A stretch of DNA of 63,854 nucleotides, counting the filler, from Chiloscyllium plagiosum (lineage: Eukaryota), in the NCBI RefSeq assembly GCF_004010195.1. It is 4 parts of one record of this genome, joined end to end, with 100 filler letters (N's around TTAATTAATTAA, not from the genome) between each part and the next. Parts side by side here need not be neighbours in the genome. Positions count along the whole stretch, not along the records: positions 35,538 to 60,008 come from NC_057711.1; positions 60,109 to 63,854 come from NC_057711.1; 2 more parts are not named here. One strand, 5' to 3'. The position numbers and the translations under genes are program-made. This document shows positions 49,921 through 61,096 of this stretch, in pieces. Below the pieces are notes generated by a model. That model did not search any database, had not been told where the DNA came from, and was given only the letters and a program-made list of their open reading frames with translations. Every line of letters starts with the position of its first letter. Within the stretch, counting starts at the first letter, position 1.

Positions 49921-50142
49921 ATAATAAAACCCGAGAGAACTGCGGATGCTGGAAATCAAAAACAAAAACAGAAGTCGCTGGGAAAGATTCTGCAGGTCTG
50001 AGAGAAATCAGAGTTAATGTTTCAGGTCTGGTGACCCTTCCTCAGAGCTCTGATGAAGAGTCATTTAGACTTGAAATGTTAGCTTGCTGTCTCTCTCCAT
50101 GGATGCTGCCTGACCCGCTGGGATCTCCAGCATTTCTGGTTT
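49921..50142. mobile_element. Fold-back pLTR of a third Penelope family with two divergent hammerhead-like motifs
   Basis: - strand ctgaggaagggtcaccagacctgaaacattaac; + strand ctgatgaagagtcatttagacttgaaatgttagc. Confidence 0.7.
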
Positions 50143-50282
50143 CCCCACCCTCCTTCAGAACTGTCACTGGACCCAACTCACTGCGATGCTGCAAGGATCC
50201 TTTAGGAATGAGTTTTGGACTCACTCATTTTGCTGGATTATGTTGAAAGATCAGACATACATCAAACATCTTGGCTCCTCAG

Positions 50283-50409
50283 TCAAGAGTGTGTTGCTGG
50301 AAAAGCACAGCAAGTCAGGCAGCATCTGAGGACGCTGCCTGACCTGCTGCGCTTTTCCAGCAACACACTCTCGACTCTGATCTCCAGCATCTGCAGACCT
50401 CGCTTTCTC
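50283..50409. mobile_element. Fold-back Penelope pLTR insert, 16-bp TSD
   Basis: TSD catcttggctcctcag at 50267-50282 and 50410-50425; arms of about 40 bp. Confidence 0.9.
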
Positions 50410-51071
50410 CATCTTGGCTCCTCAGACAGACTGCCACCATGCTCTGTCTCTCAATGTTCCCATTCCTGGTATGAACATCATGCATACTGTAAATCTTACT
50501 AGTATTGTGCTCAAAGACAGGTAGCATCAGGCAAAAAAGCAATACAGGGCCACAGTGAGACAGGAACGTGATGGCACATGTTTTGAATGAATAAGGTTCA
50601 ACACACAAGTCTCTGCTTTCAACCTTGGTTATCTATGAAGCAAGGGAAAAACAGCGAGTCTAATCTAACCCGTCTCTGTTACATTAATCATGATTTCTCA
50701 CTTTAATTCAATAGATTTGAATTAATTTTTGACGGTCTTGGCAAAGAATCTGCAAGAACTGTCACCGTAAACAAATCATTCGTCTGCACTGGATCTGGAG
50801 GCGGCTTGGCATCTAATCGAGTTTGAGCATTATCGGCAGACGTCACCAGCCGGAGGGAAAGATTATTTTGTCTTTGAATGCTGCATGCCTTCATACATTT
50901 AACAGATGTTGACAACTTTATCGTTTTATTACACATGATAGCAGGATATATTTCAATGCCGTAATTGCAGACATCTGATGCCATATCTCCAACCTCTGTC
51001 AGAAAGTGCCATTCATTGACTGGTCTGGTCTACATGTTAAGTCCAAACCTACAGCAATATAGTGGGCTCCT

Positions 51072-51278
51072 ACCGCAGGGAGTGGGGTGCTTTATTTCCC
51101 CCTCCAACTTTATCTTGCCCTCCCCTTCACTTTTTTGATCACGCAGCACTGCCCTTTGATGTGAAGGGGCATTGCTTGTCACTGGCCATTTGGGTAAGAA
51201 AAAGAAAACAAGGAAACATATATAAAGAAAGGATTTTAAAAAATGAGAAAAAAAAAGAAAAAAAAACGCAAACAAAAT
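51072..51278 (+). mobile_element. Tx1/L1-like LINE 3' end with A-rich tail, inserted in a SINE
   Basis: TSD gtgggctcct at 51062-51071 and 51279-51288; resembles the C-terminal segment at 58905-59165(-). Confidence 0.6.
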
Positions 51279-51456
51279 GTGGGCTCCTCACTGCCCTGTT
51301 GAATGTCCTGAACAAGCCACTCAGTTCAAGGGCAACTGAAGATAGACAATGGGTGCTGACCTTACGAGTACCTTTGAAATGTGTGTAACGTAGCAAACTG
51401 CAGCATCCAATTTCTGCACAGCAAGCTCCCACAAGCAGTGACAGGATGCACGACGA

Positions 51457-53115
51457 ACAAAAAGCAGAAATCGCTGGAAACAAAATCTCAGCAGGTCTGG
51501 CAGCATCCGGGGAGAGAAATCAGAGCTAAGATTTCCAGTCCAGTGAGCCTTGCTCAGGCTCGGCAAAGGTTGGCATATTTGCAGAGGATGGGGTGGGGGG
51601 AGGAGCATGTGAGCATAAGAGGTACAGTTAGTAAGTTTGCAGATGACACCAAAATTGGAGGTGTAGTGGACAGCGAAGAAGGTTACCTCAGATTCCGACA
51701 GGATCTTGATCAGATGGGCCAATGGGCTGAGAAGTGGCAAATGGAGTTTAATTTAGATAAACGCGAGGAGCTGCGTTTTGGGAAAGCAAATCTTAGCAGG
51801 ACTTATACATTTTATGGTAGCTTTGCTGAACAAAGAGACCTTGGAGTGCAGGTTCTTAGCTCCTTGAAAGTAGAGTCACAGACAGATAGGATAGTGAAGA
51901 AGGCGCATGGAATACTTTCCTTTATTGGTCAGAGTATTGAGTACAGCAGTTGGGAGGTCATGTTGCGGCTGTACAGGACATTGGTTAGGCCACTGTTGGA
52001 ATATTGCGTGCAATTCTGGTCTCCTTCCTATTGGAAGGATATTGTGAAACTTGAAAGGGTTCAGAGAAGATTTACAAGGATGTTGCCAGGGTTGGAGGAT
52101 TTGAGCTATAGGGAGAGGCTGAACAGGCTGGGGCTGTTTACCCTGGCGTGTCGAAGGCTGAGGGGTGACCTTACAGAGGTTTATAAAAATCATGAGGGGC
52201 ATAGATAGGAGAAATAGACAAAGTCTCTTCCCTGGGGTGGGGGAATCCAGAACTAGAGGGCATAGGTTTAGGGTGAGAGGGGAACAATATAAAAGAGACC
52301 TAAGGGGCAACGTCTTCACGCAGAGGGTGGTACGTGTAAGGAATGAGCTGCCAGAGGAAGTGGTGGAGGCTGGTATAATTGCAACATTTAAAAGGCATCT
52401 GGATGGGTATATGAATAGGAAGGGTTTAGAGGGATATATGGGCTGGGTGCTGGCAGGCGAGACTAGATTGGGTTGGGATACCTGGTCGGCATGGACAAAT
52501 TGGGCTGAAAAATCTATTTCTGTGCTCTACATCTCTATGACTCTATGATTCTATAATAGATGGAGTCCAGAGAGAGAAAAAAAACTCAGATGGGCAGACA
52601 AAGGAATGGGCAAAGGAATCACCCTGGGAAAATCAAGAGCTGCTAATGGGGACCATTAGTGGCTGACAATGTGTGGTTTTGAGGGAGGAGTAGACCAGGG
52701 TGTCCTGGAGGGAATGGTCCCTGTGAGAGGGTGGTAAGGGAGGGGAGGAGAAGATGTGGCTGGTGGCGGCATCCCACTGGATGTGACGGAAATGGCAGCT
52801 AATGATCCCTTGGATGTGGATGCTGGTGGGGTGATAAGTGAGGACCGGGGGCCCCTATTGTTGCTGTGAGAGGGAGGAGAAGGGGTGAGGGCCAAACTGC
52901 AGGAGATGGGTCGGTCTTCGCTGAGATGGTGCAAAATCCTCCATTGAGGAAGAAGGTGGACATTTCGGAAGCCCCTTTGGCATGATTGGAACAGATGGAG
53001 AAACTGGGAGAATGGAATAGGGTCTTTACAGGAAGCAGGGTGTGAGGATGTACAGTCAAGGTGACCGTGGGAGTCGGTGGGTTTGTTGTGGATATTAGTG
53101 GCTGGCCTAATTGCC
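51457..53115 (-). mobile_element. Decayed Penelope-like element interrupted by a CR1
   Basis: TNIHNKPTDSHGHLDCTSSHPASCKDPIPFSQFL motif; pLTR end at 51457-51560. Confidence 0.75.
51604..52555 (+). mobile_element. CR1 LINE, 5'-truncated, RT C-terminal half through tail
   Basis: SKFADDTKIGG...WAEKWQMEFN...LVRPLLEYCVQFWSP; ctctatgactctatgattcta tail. Confidence 0.95.
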
Positions 53116-53212
53116 ATGAATGATAAAGTTTTTGAAACCTGAGAAATATCTTGGCCCAAGGCAGACTGCTTTAGAGGTTGCACTGTCTGATCTTCTGCAC
53201 TAGACTGTGAAG

Positions 53213-53379
53213 ACAGATAGAGCCTTGGTTACCATCTCATCTGAAAACTGGCACTCGCAATGGTATGGCATCCCCTCAGTACTGTGTTGAGCATCAACGT
53301 GTGCTCAAAGCATTGAGACTAGGACTTAAACCCTGTGACTCAGAGACAAGAGTGTTAACCGCTGAACCACAGCTGACAC
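53213..53379 (-). mobile_element. SacSINE1-like (DeuSINE) fragment
   Basis: - strand gtgtcagctgtggttcagcggttaacactcttgtctctgagtca head and cagtactgaggggatg...tcagatgag segment. Confidence 0.6.
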
Positions 53380-54391
53380 CTCGTGAAACACATGGCAACG
53401 TTCCTGGGGCGATGTAATGAAATCCTGTACAAGGGCTACTCTTTGCAATCTACCAGTTGCCCGCTGCCTAGCAAACGCTGCTGAGCAAAGGAACAATGCA
53501 ACAATGCAAAGGGAGACGATTTCAATATCCTGACCCTTGCACAGATTCACTACGTTTCTCTCAGTGATTCACATGGGAAGATGACAGTTAGTCTGAGCTG
53601 TACTGTCTATAACCATCGGAAATGTGAATAGTTACAGTCCAGAAAGACGCCATCCTGCCCATCCACTTGCGCCAGCTCTTTGCAAAAGTAATTGATCTAG
53701 CCCCAGTCCCTAACACTTCCACTGTGGACCCTTAGTTTCTTTTTGTCTCCTTACCTAATACATTTTCTGAGGCCATGGTTGAATCAGCCGCTGCCCTTAA
53801 GCAGTGGAGTTTGCATCCTAAACATTTGCTGTACGAAAGAGTTCTCCTTCAATGTTGCCCTTGAATCTTAATTGTTGCCGACTCAAGATCGGTGGCTGTC
53901 TGCTTCCTGGCCCCCGTGTCAATAGGGGCAGTTTGTTCTTCCCCCTACCTGCTTTGTCTCAGTCCTTCATGATGTTTGATGTATTATGTACTGCCTTATC
54001 TCCTCTCAAAGTTCTCAGAATCTCTGAATTGTTAAGGTGCTGACGGGGGTCATTCAGCCCATTGTGCCTATCCTGGCTCTTCGAATAGGCGTTATGACCT
54101 CATGCCAATCTCCTGCCTTTCCCCCCACACCCTTGCACACCTATCGAAATAATCATCCAATGCCCCTCTTGAAAGCCTCAGTTGAACCTGCCTCAACCAC
54201 ATTTCCAGGCAGTATTCTAACTATTTGCTGAGTGAAAAAGTATTTTAGTTTCCAAGAGGCGTAACTCAATCCACCTTTTCCACAGTTAACTGAAATCCTT
54301 TGTTTCTGCATACATTCCCATAAATCTTATTTTGCAATTATTCTAAAGGATAAACGTATCTATGAACTGGGGAAGCTTTGGTAAGCAAGGT

Positions 54392-54668
54392 TCATAGAAT
54401 CCCTACAGGATGGAGGAAGGCCACTTGGCCCATTGAGTCCACATTGACCCTCCAAAGGGCATCTCACCCAGACCGCCCCCTTACCCTATTCCTGCAATCC
54501 CACATTCCCCATGGCCAATCCACCTAGCCTCCACATCTTTGGATTGTAGGAGGAAACCAGAGCACCTGGAGGAAACTCACACAGACACGGGGAGAACGTG
54601 CCAACTCCACATAAATAGCTCCCTGGCGCTGTAAGGCAACAGCGCTAACCATTGAGCCACCATGCCAC
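54392..54668 (-). mobile_element. HE1-type V-SINE
   Basis: V-domain and tRNA head on the reverse strand. Confidence 0.85.
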
Positions 54669-54782
54669 AGATGTCATTTACAAACTGATAACCACTGCAT
54701 AGGGTTTAACATTACTGTAATGTTATTCCCAGACCTGATGATGTTCTAGTTTTGCCTAATCAACATACAACAATATTACACA

Positions 54783-55705
54783 GAACATAGATTCATAGAG
54801 ATGTACAGCATGGAAATAGATCCTTTGGTTCAACCCATCCATGCTGACCAGATATCCCAACCCAATCTAGTCCCACCTGCCAGCACCCGGCCCATATCCC
54901 TCCAAAACCTTCCTATTCATATACCCATCCAATGCCTCTTAAATGTTGCAAATGTACCAGCCTCCACCACTTCCACTGGCAGTTCATTCCATATATGTAC
55001 CACCCTCTGTGTGAAAAAGTTGCCTCTTAGGTCTCTTTTATATCTTTCCCCTCTCACCCTAAACCTATGCTCTCTAGTCCTGGACTCCCCAACCCCAGGG
55101 AAAAGACTTTGCCTATTTATCCTATCCATGCCCCTCATAATTTTGTAAACCTCTATAAGGTCACCCCTCAGCCTCTGACNNNNNNNNNNNNNNNNNNNNN
55201 NNNNNNNNNNNNNNNNNNNNNNNNNNNNNNNNNNNNNNNNNNNNNNNNNNNNNNNNNNNNNNNNNNNNNNNNNNNNNNNNNNNNNNNNNNNNNNNNNNNN
55301 NNNNNNNNNNNNNNNNNNNNNNNNNNNNNNNNNNNNNNNNNNNNNNNNNNNNNNNNNNNNNNNNNNNNNNNNNNNNNNNNNNNNNNNNNNNNNNNNNNNN
55401 NNNNNNNNNNNNNNNNNNNNNNNNNNNNNNNNNNNNNNNNNNNNNNNNNNNNNNNNNNNNNNNNNNNNNNNNNNNNNNNNNNNNNNNNNNNNNNNNNNNN
55501 NNNNNNNNNNNNNNNNNNNNNNNNNNNNNNNNNNNNNNNNNNNNCACAACATCTTTCCGATAGGAAGGAGACCAGAATTGCACGCAATATTCCAACAGTG
55601 GCCTAACCAATGTCCTGTACAGCCGCAACATGACCTCCCAACTCCTGTACTCAATACTCTGACCAATAAAGGAAAGCATACCAAACGCCGCCTTCACTAT
55701 CCTAT
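54783..55705 (-). mobile_element. CR1 3' portion spanning an N-gap
   Basis: KAAFGMLSFIGQSIEY...LVRPLLEYCVQFWSP; RLRGDLIEVYKIMRG. Confidence 0.92.
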
Positions 55706-56150
55706 GGAGAACCTCAGCAGGTATTCAGTAGTGTCTGTGGAGAGACAGAAACAGAGTTAATGTTTCGGGTCCGGTATGATTCTTCTTCAGAACTAAAGGG
55801 AGCTGAAAAAGTGAGGGATTTTATCTTGTTTGCAAAATGGATAGGAGGAGCAAACAGAACAGATGCGAAAAGTGCCCCAGAGCAAAAGGCAAAGGGAATC
55901 TTAACAGTAGAAGAGAATAGATATAGATATAGAGTAGGTGTTAATAGCAGAAAACAAGCTGTACTGAGAGTTAACGCATGATACCAAGGCACTGGGTGCT
56001 GGTGGGGAGGGGATTAACCAAATGGAGGATAACCTTTATGGTCATGTACAATGATATCCACCTACCTACATAAGGTAGCATTAATAGTGAGAGCAATAAC
56101 TTTGCAAAACATGTCCAATATATTGCCTTCCAGTCAAAAATGTAGAGTGG

Positions 56151-56386
56151 GTAAAAACAAGAACTGCAGATGATGGAAACCAGATTCTAGATTAGACCCT
56201 TTGCTACCTTCCCCCACCCTNNNNNNNNNNNNNNNNNNNNNNNNNNNNNNNNNNNCCCTCCTCTCTATCTCTCCACCCTGCAGGCTCTCTGCCTGTATTC
56301 CTGATGAAGGGCTTTTGCCTGAAGATCGATTTTCCTGCTCTTCGGATGCTGCCTGAACTGCTGTGCTTTTCCAACGCCACTCTGAC
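56151..56386. mobile_element. Penelope pLTR insert with hammerhead-like motif, about 16-bp TSD
   Basis: caaaaatgtaga(g/t)tgg at 56135-56150 and 56387-56402; ctgatgaagggcttttgcctgaa. Confidence 0.8.
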
Positions 56387-56803
56387 CAAAAATGTAGATT
56401 GGTCAACTGAGTTTTTATCTCAAAGAGTAACAGCAATAAAAAACATTATCAATGATTGCAAACACTTGAGTCAGGTTGGTTCCCCAAAGTCCTCGAATCC
56501 TGGAATGGTTACAGCACCAAAGGTAGCGATTCAGCTCAGCACATCCGTGCTCACTCTCAGCTAGTCACACTTCCCCGCATTTTCCAAGTGGCTCTGCAAT
56601 TTTAAAAAAAAATTAACTTGGACAACTACCCAATTCCCTTCACGAATCATTTCCAAAACAGATGTGGTCATGGAAGAAATGTTGTTTTCTAGAATGGTCG
56701 GAATAATTTTGCACATTCCCGCTAAACTTGTAAATAATCAATGAAGCAGGAAATACCTTCCAGATGGTGTACTTGTTGGTGTAAACGGGAAACATTGGAA
56801 TAA

Positions 56804-56984
56804 TTGATGAAATAACTGGATAGGAAGTAGAGTATGTTATGGAGCATCGTGGTTACTCCTCATTCCTGAAGAAGGGCCTGTGCCCGAAACGTCGAATCTC
56901 CTGTTCCCTGGATGCTGCCTGACCTTTGATGAAATAACTGGATAGGAAGTAGAGTATGTTATGGAGCATCGTGGTTACTCCTCA
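56804..56984 (+). repeat. 59-bp perfect direct repeat flanking a 63-bp hammerhead-bearing insert
   Basis: 56804-56862 is identical to 56926-56984. Confidence 0.92.
56862..56897 (+). ncRNA. Minimal hammerhead ribozyme motif
   Basis: AUUC-CUGAAGA-A-GGGC(CUGU)GCCC-GAAAC-GUC-GAAU: 4-bp stem I, 4-bp stem II, GUC site. Confidence 0.75.
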
Positions 56985-57114
56985 ATAAAGCAAAAACCTT
57001 GGAGTAGGAAGGACTGCTGGACAATTAGATTCGACATTCGGAGGTTTCTGTTCCCTTAGCACTGAATATTAATTTTTAGATCATGAATCCAGGTGATGAA
57101 GTAAGTCACTGTGG

Positions 57115-57243
57115 GAGCTGGAGGTGCTCCACATCGTCGTTGAGCTCACTGTTGTAGGACCTGGAGGAATGCCACATAGTCGTTAAGCTCACTGTTGTAG
57201 GAGCTGGAGGGATTCCACATAGTCATTAAGGTCATTGTTGCTG
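57115..57243 (+). repeat. Tandem repeat, 3 x 43 bp
   Basis: Units start at 57115, 57158 and 57201; consensus gagctggaggNNNNccacatagtcgttaagctcactgttgtag. Confidence 0.85.
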
Positions 57244-57687
57244 GATGGACCCCAGGCCTGGTCGTGGCCTATTCCTCAAGGGATCCAGAGGTAAGTCTAT
57301 TCTTGTCATGGAATGGGGGTGATGGGAGAGGGGGGTGCAGTTGGGGAGAGGAGGTCTGGAAAGAAGGACTGAGTGGCCGTTCAGAAGTCACCTCCTTGTC
57401 CCCCATCAGTGCATCAAATTCCTTCCAGATTGGGGGGAGGGGCAAGATGGTGGCCTCAGAAAGACACCATAATTGACCACTTAAGAGCCACAATCCAAAA
57501 GGTCTCCAAAGGACCTTCTCACCCAATACTTAGTGGCTAAGGTATTGAGCAAGACGTTGAGTTTTTCTGCAGGGCCAACTCACTCAATTACTTCCCCTTC
57601 TTGTCATCTTCATGGAGGGAGAAGTCATTCTTCATGTGATTAATAAAAATTGGCTTTCACTTTAAAAAGTAGACCCATTACACAGTA

Positions 57688-57836
57688 GTGAAAATGTGTT
57701 GCTGGAAAAGCGCAGCAGGTCAGGCAGCATCCAGGGAACAGGAGAATCGACGTTTCGGGCATAAGCCCTTCCTGCTGCACTTTTCCAGCAACACATTTTC
57801 AGCTTTGATCTCCAGCATCTGCAGACCTCACTTTCT
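57688..57836. mobile_element. Fold-back Penelope pLTR insert, 13-bp TSD
   Basis: TSD ccattacacagta at 57675-57687 and 57837-57849. Confidence 0.9.
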
Positions 57837-57915
57837 CCATTACACAGTAATATCAATTTAAGCTTCCTTTTAGCGTCATTGCTCCTCTGATGGTGTTCCC
57901 AATCCAAGTTGAGAC

Positions 57916-58133
57916 TACAGTCAGTTCTGATATAACATGATAGTTCTGTTCCCATGTGATCCCACATTACGAGAAAATCGTGTAATAGCAGCACCATTTA
58001 AACCATTGGGACCAGGATTGCATTATAGCATACACAGGTAAGTTTGTGTTCTACAAATAATGGTCTAAATTCTTCAATCACGTCATAGCCAATTCCCATT
58101 GAAGAAACATGTGTTATAGAAGAACCAGTTGCA
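57916..58133. mobile_element. Probable old Tc1/mariner (Tigger/pogo-like) MITE
   Basis: Left end tacagtcagttctgatataaca and right end tgttatagaagaaccagttgca form imperfect TIRs of about 22 bp; left end starts TA-CAG. Confidence 0.5.
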
Positions 58134-58187
58134 TTCCAAGAGGTTTTATCGCTTGACGTTAACCTGCTCCATCCCGCATTCCTGGTT

Positions 58188-58672
58188 AGAGACAAAATAA
58201 AATGGCAGATGCTGGAATCCAAGTAGACAGGCAGGAAGCTGGAAGAACACAGCTAGCCAGGCAGCATCAGGAGGGGGAGAAATCGACGTTTCGGGTGTAA
58301 CCCTGCTTCAGGACTGGGGGTGGGTGGAGAGAGCTGCAGATAAAGGGGGTGGCGGGGGCAGGATGATAAAGTGAGGATAGGTGAAGACAGGTTGGTCAAT
58401 GGGACAGATGAATCCGGTTGGTGGCTGGGAGGAAGGGAAGGGAGGGGGAGGGGCTGGGAAGGGAGTCAGGGAAGGGAATGGAAGGGAGGTTATTTGAAAT
58501 TGGAGATCTCAATGTTGAGCCCTCCAGGCTGTAGGCTGCCCAGGCTGAAGATGAGGTGTTGTTCCTCCAATGTGTGGTTTGATTCCTTGGGGCAATGGAG
58601 GAGGCCAAGGATGGTCATGTTGGAAAGGGAGTGGGAAGGGGAATTAAAATAGGCGGTTACTGGGAGGTCCAC
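58188..58672 (-). mobile_element. Penelope-like element 3' end (GIY-YIG C-terminus and pLTR)
   Basis: PVTAYFNSPSHSLSNMTILGL...LEEQHLIFSLGSLQPGGLNIE; ctgaagcagggttacacccgaaacgtcga. Confidence 0.85.
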
Positions 58673-58904
58673 ATTCTGTCCGATGGGCCATCAGTCAGCT
58701 TTGTTCTTTATTCTTTCACAGAATGTGGGTGTTACTGACAAGTCCAGCATCAACTGTCCATCATATGCACTTCATATGAAGCTAAGCAATTTCAGAGAGC
58801 AGTTCAGAGTCAACCACATTGCTGTGAGTCTAGGTGTTACACGTAGGCCAGACCAGGTAAAGATAGCAGATATTATTTCCTAGAAGATATTAGGGATCCC
58901 AGAT

Positions 58905-59165
58905 TTTATTTTAATATGTAGACTACCACCAAATCACCCATGCCACTTGTTGAAAGAACAATTTACAAGCAATGTGCACCAGGGGCAGCGTATTGATAAT
59001 TTAAAGAAAAGGGGAGAGTAGGAAGGAGGGAGGGAACTAAATTAAAATGGAGATGGAGGAGGAAATAATGCACTCCAGCCCCTATGATGCCCACCTCTCT
59101 CTAAATGTCTTGAGGGTGTTGATGGAAGCCACATACTCCCTCTCTAAGGATACACAGTTATAAAT
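58905..59165 (-). mobile_element. Tx1-like LINE 3' end nested in a SINE (about 58700-59358, -)
   Basis: VSLEREYVASINTLKTFRERWA C-terminal motif and A-rich end; flanks match the 23675 SINE family. Confidence 0.6.
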
Positions 59166-59737
59166 GTAACTAGTTGGGTTTTTATAACAATTGTTGATGG
59201 TTGTCATAGTAAGCATTACTGAAACGGGCCTTTAACTAACAACATTCAAATTCCACCATCTACCGCACTGGGATTTGAACCTGTGACTGTACAGCATTAG
59301 CCTGGTCCTTTAGGTTACCTAGACGAGGTATTTATTACTGCTGTACCACAATCTCCCAATGACAGAATAAGCAGGCTCTTTTCCCATTTGACTGTGTTAA
59401 TCTCCTCTGTCAGTCAGTAAATTTTGTTCCTGTCTGTACAATTTCCATCATTAATAAATAAAACTGTTCAAAGAGAATGACAATAGAACAGACATCATTT
59501 GATTCAAGGCCTTGGAACAAAACACTTTTCGACAATTGACAAATAATATATATATTCAATGGACACAATACCCAACTCTTGAATGTATCAAGTCTTTAAA
59601 AGCTTTACAATACAGAGAAGGAATGTCTAGGGTAAATTGGATAGGCATTTAGCACCTTTTTCTTTAGTTTGTCAAGTTCTGATAAATTAAGTATGAATTG
59701 AATTCAGACTCTAATAACATCTAGACTGAATTATTTT

Positions 59738-60008
59738 GGAACATAGAACATAGAACATTACAGCGCAGTACAGGCCCTTCGGCCCTCGATGTTGCGCCGC
59801 CCTGTCATACTAATCTGAAGCCTATCCCACCTACACTATTCCATGTACGTCCATATGCCTGTCCAATGACGACTTAAATGCACTTAAACTTGGCAAATCT
59901 ACTACCGTTGCAGGCAAAGCATTCCATACCCTGACTACTCTCTGAGTAAAGAAACTATCTCTGACATCTGTCTTATACCTATCTCCCCTCACTTTCAAGT
60001 TGTGTCCC
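59738..60008 (-). mobile_element. Young CR1 3' end, ends at a gap
   Basis: (aacatag)n tail on +; tttactcagagagtagtcagggtatggaatgctttgcc on -. Confidence 0.85.
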
Positions 60009-60108
60009 NNNNNNNNNNNNNNNNNNNNNNNNNNNNNNNNNNNNNNNNNNNNTTAATTAATTAANNNNNNNNNNNNNNNNNNNNNNNNNNNNNNNNNNNN
60101 NNNNNNNN

Positions 60109-60404
60109 CTTGTCCTACCTGCCTATCTTCTTTTCCACCTATCCATTCCACCCTCCTCCCTGACCTATCACTTTCATCCCCTCCCGCACTCACCTATTGT
60201 ACTCTATGCTACTTTCTCCCCACCCCCACCCTCCTGTAGCTTATCTCTCCACCCTTCAGGCTCTCTGCCTGTATTCCTGATGAAGGGCTTTTGCCTGAAA
60301 CGTCGATTTTACTGCTCCCCAGATGCTGCCGGAACTGCTGTGCTCTTCCAGCACCACTAATCCAGAATCTGGTTTCCAGCATCTGCAGTCATTGTTTTTA
60401 CCTT
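60109..60404 (+). mobile_element. Penelope pLTR with hammerhead motif
   Basis: ttcctgatgaagggcttttgcctgaaacgtcga at about 60274-60306; tail atctgcagtcattgtttttacc. Confidence 0.85.
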
Positions 60405-60466
60405 CTCTAGCTAACAATGGTGATAGCTAGACAATATGTTGAAGGTGTTGGTGCCCTGTGTTCTCT

Positions 60467-60913
60467 AGGAGAAACTGAGAACTGCAGATGCTGGAGACCA
60501 GAGTTGAAAAATGTGCTGGAAAAACACAGCAGGCCAGGCAGCATCCGAGGAGCAGGAGAATTGACATTTCAGGCATAAGCCCTTCTTCCGGACTGAGGCT
60601 GGTGTGCCAAGCGGGCTGAGATAAAAAGGTAGTGGGGAGGGGAGCTGGGAATATGATAGGTGGAAGGAGGTGAGGGTGAGGGTGACAGGCTGGAGAGAGG
60701 GTGGGGGCGGAGAGGTCGGGAAGAAGATTGCAGGTTAAGAGGGCGGTGCTGAATCGGAGATAAGGTGGGGGAGGGGAAATGAGGAAGCTGGAGAAATCTA
60801 CATTCATCTCGTGTGGTTGGAGGGTTCCTAGGCGGAAGATGAGGCGCTCTTCCTCTAGGCGTTGTGTGGTCAGGGTCTGGCGATGGAGGCAGCCAAGGAC
60901 CTGCAAAGATTCA
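60467..60913 (-). mobile_element. 3' end of another Penelope family nested in the pLTR, 8-bp TSD
   Basis: TSD tgttctct at 60459-60466 and 60914-60921; LEEERLIFRLGTLQPHEMNVDF followed by its pLTR. Confidence 0.85.
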
Positions 60914-61096
60914 TGTTCTCTGTCTATGACATGATGTTTAGATAACGGAGTTTTACATAAATTCGTGTAGTTTTTGAGCAAAGTATAACCCTGCAAGTAC
61001 AAATTCACCACAATGTGTGCGCGCGCACGCGTGTGCGTGTCTAAAGTCTGTGAGGGGGTGCATGTGCACACGCGCGTGTGTATAGTGCAGTGGTGA

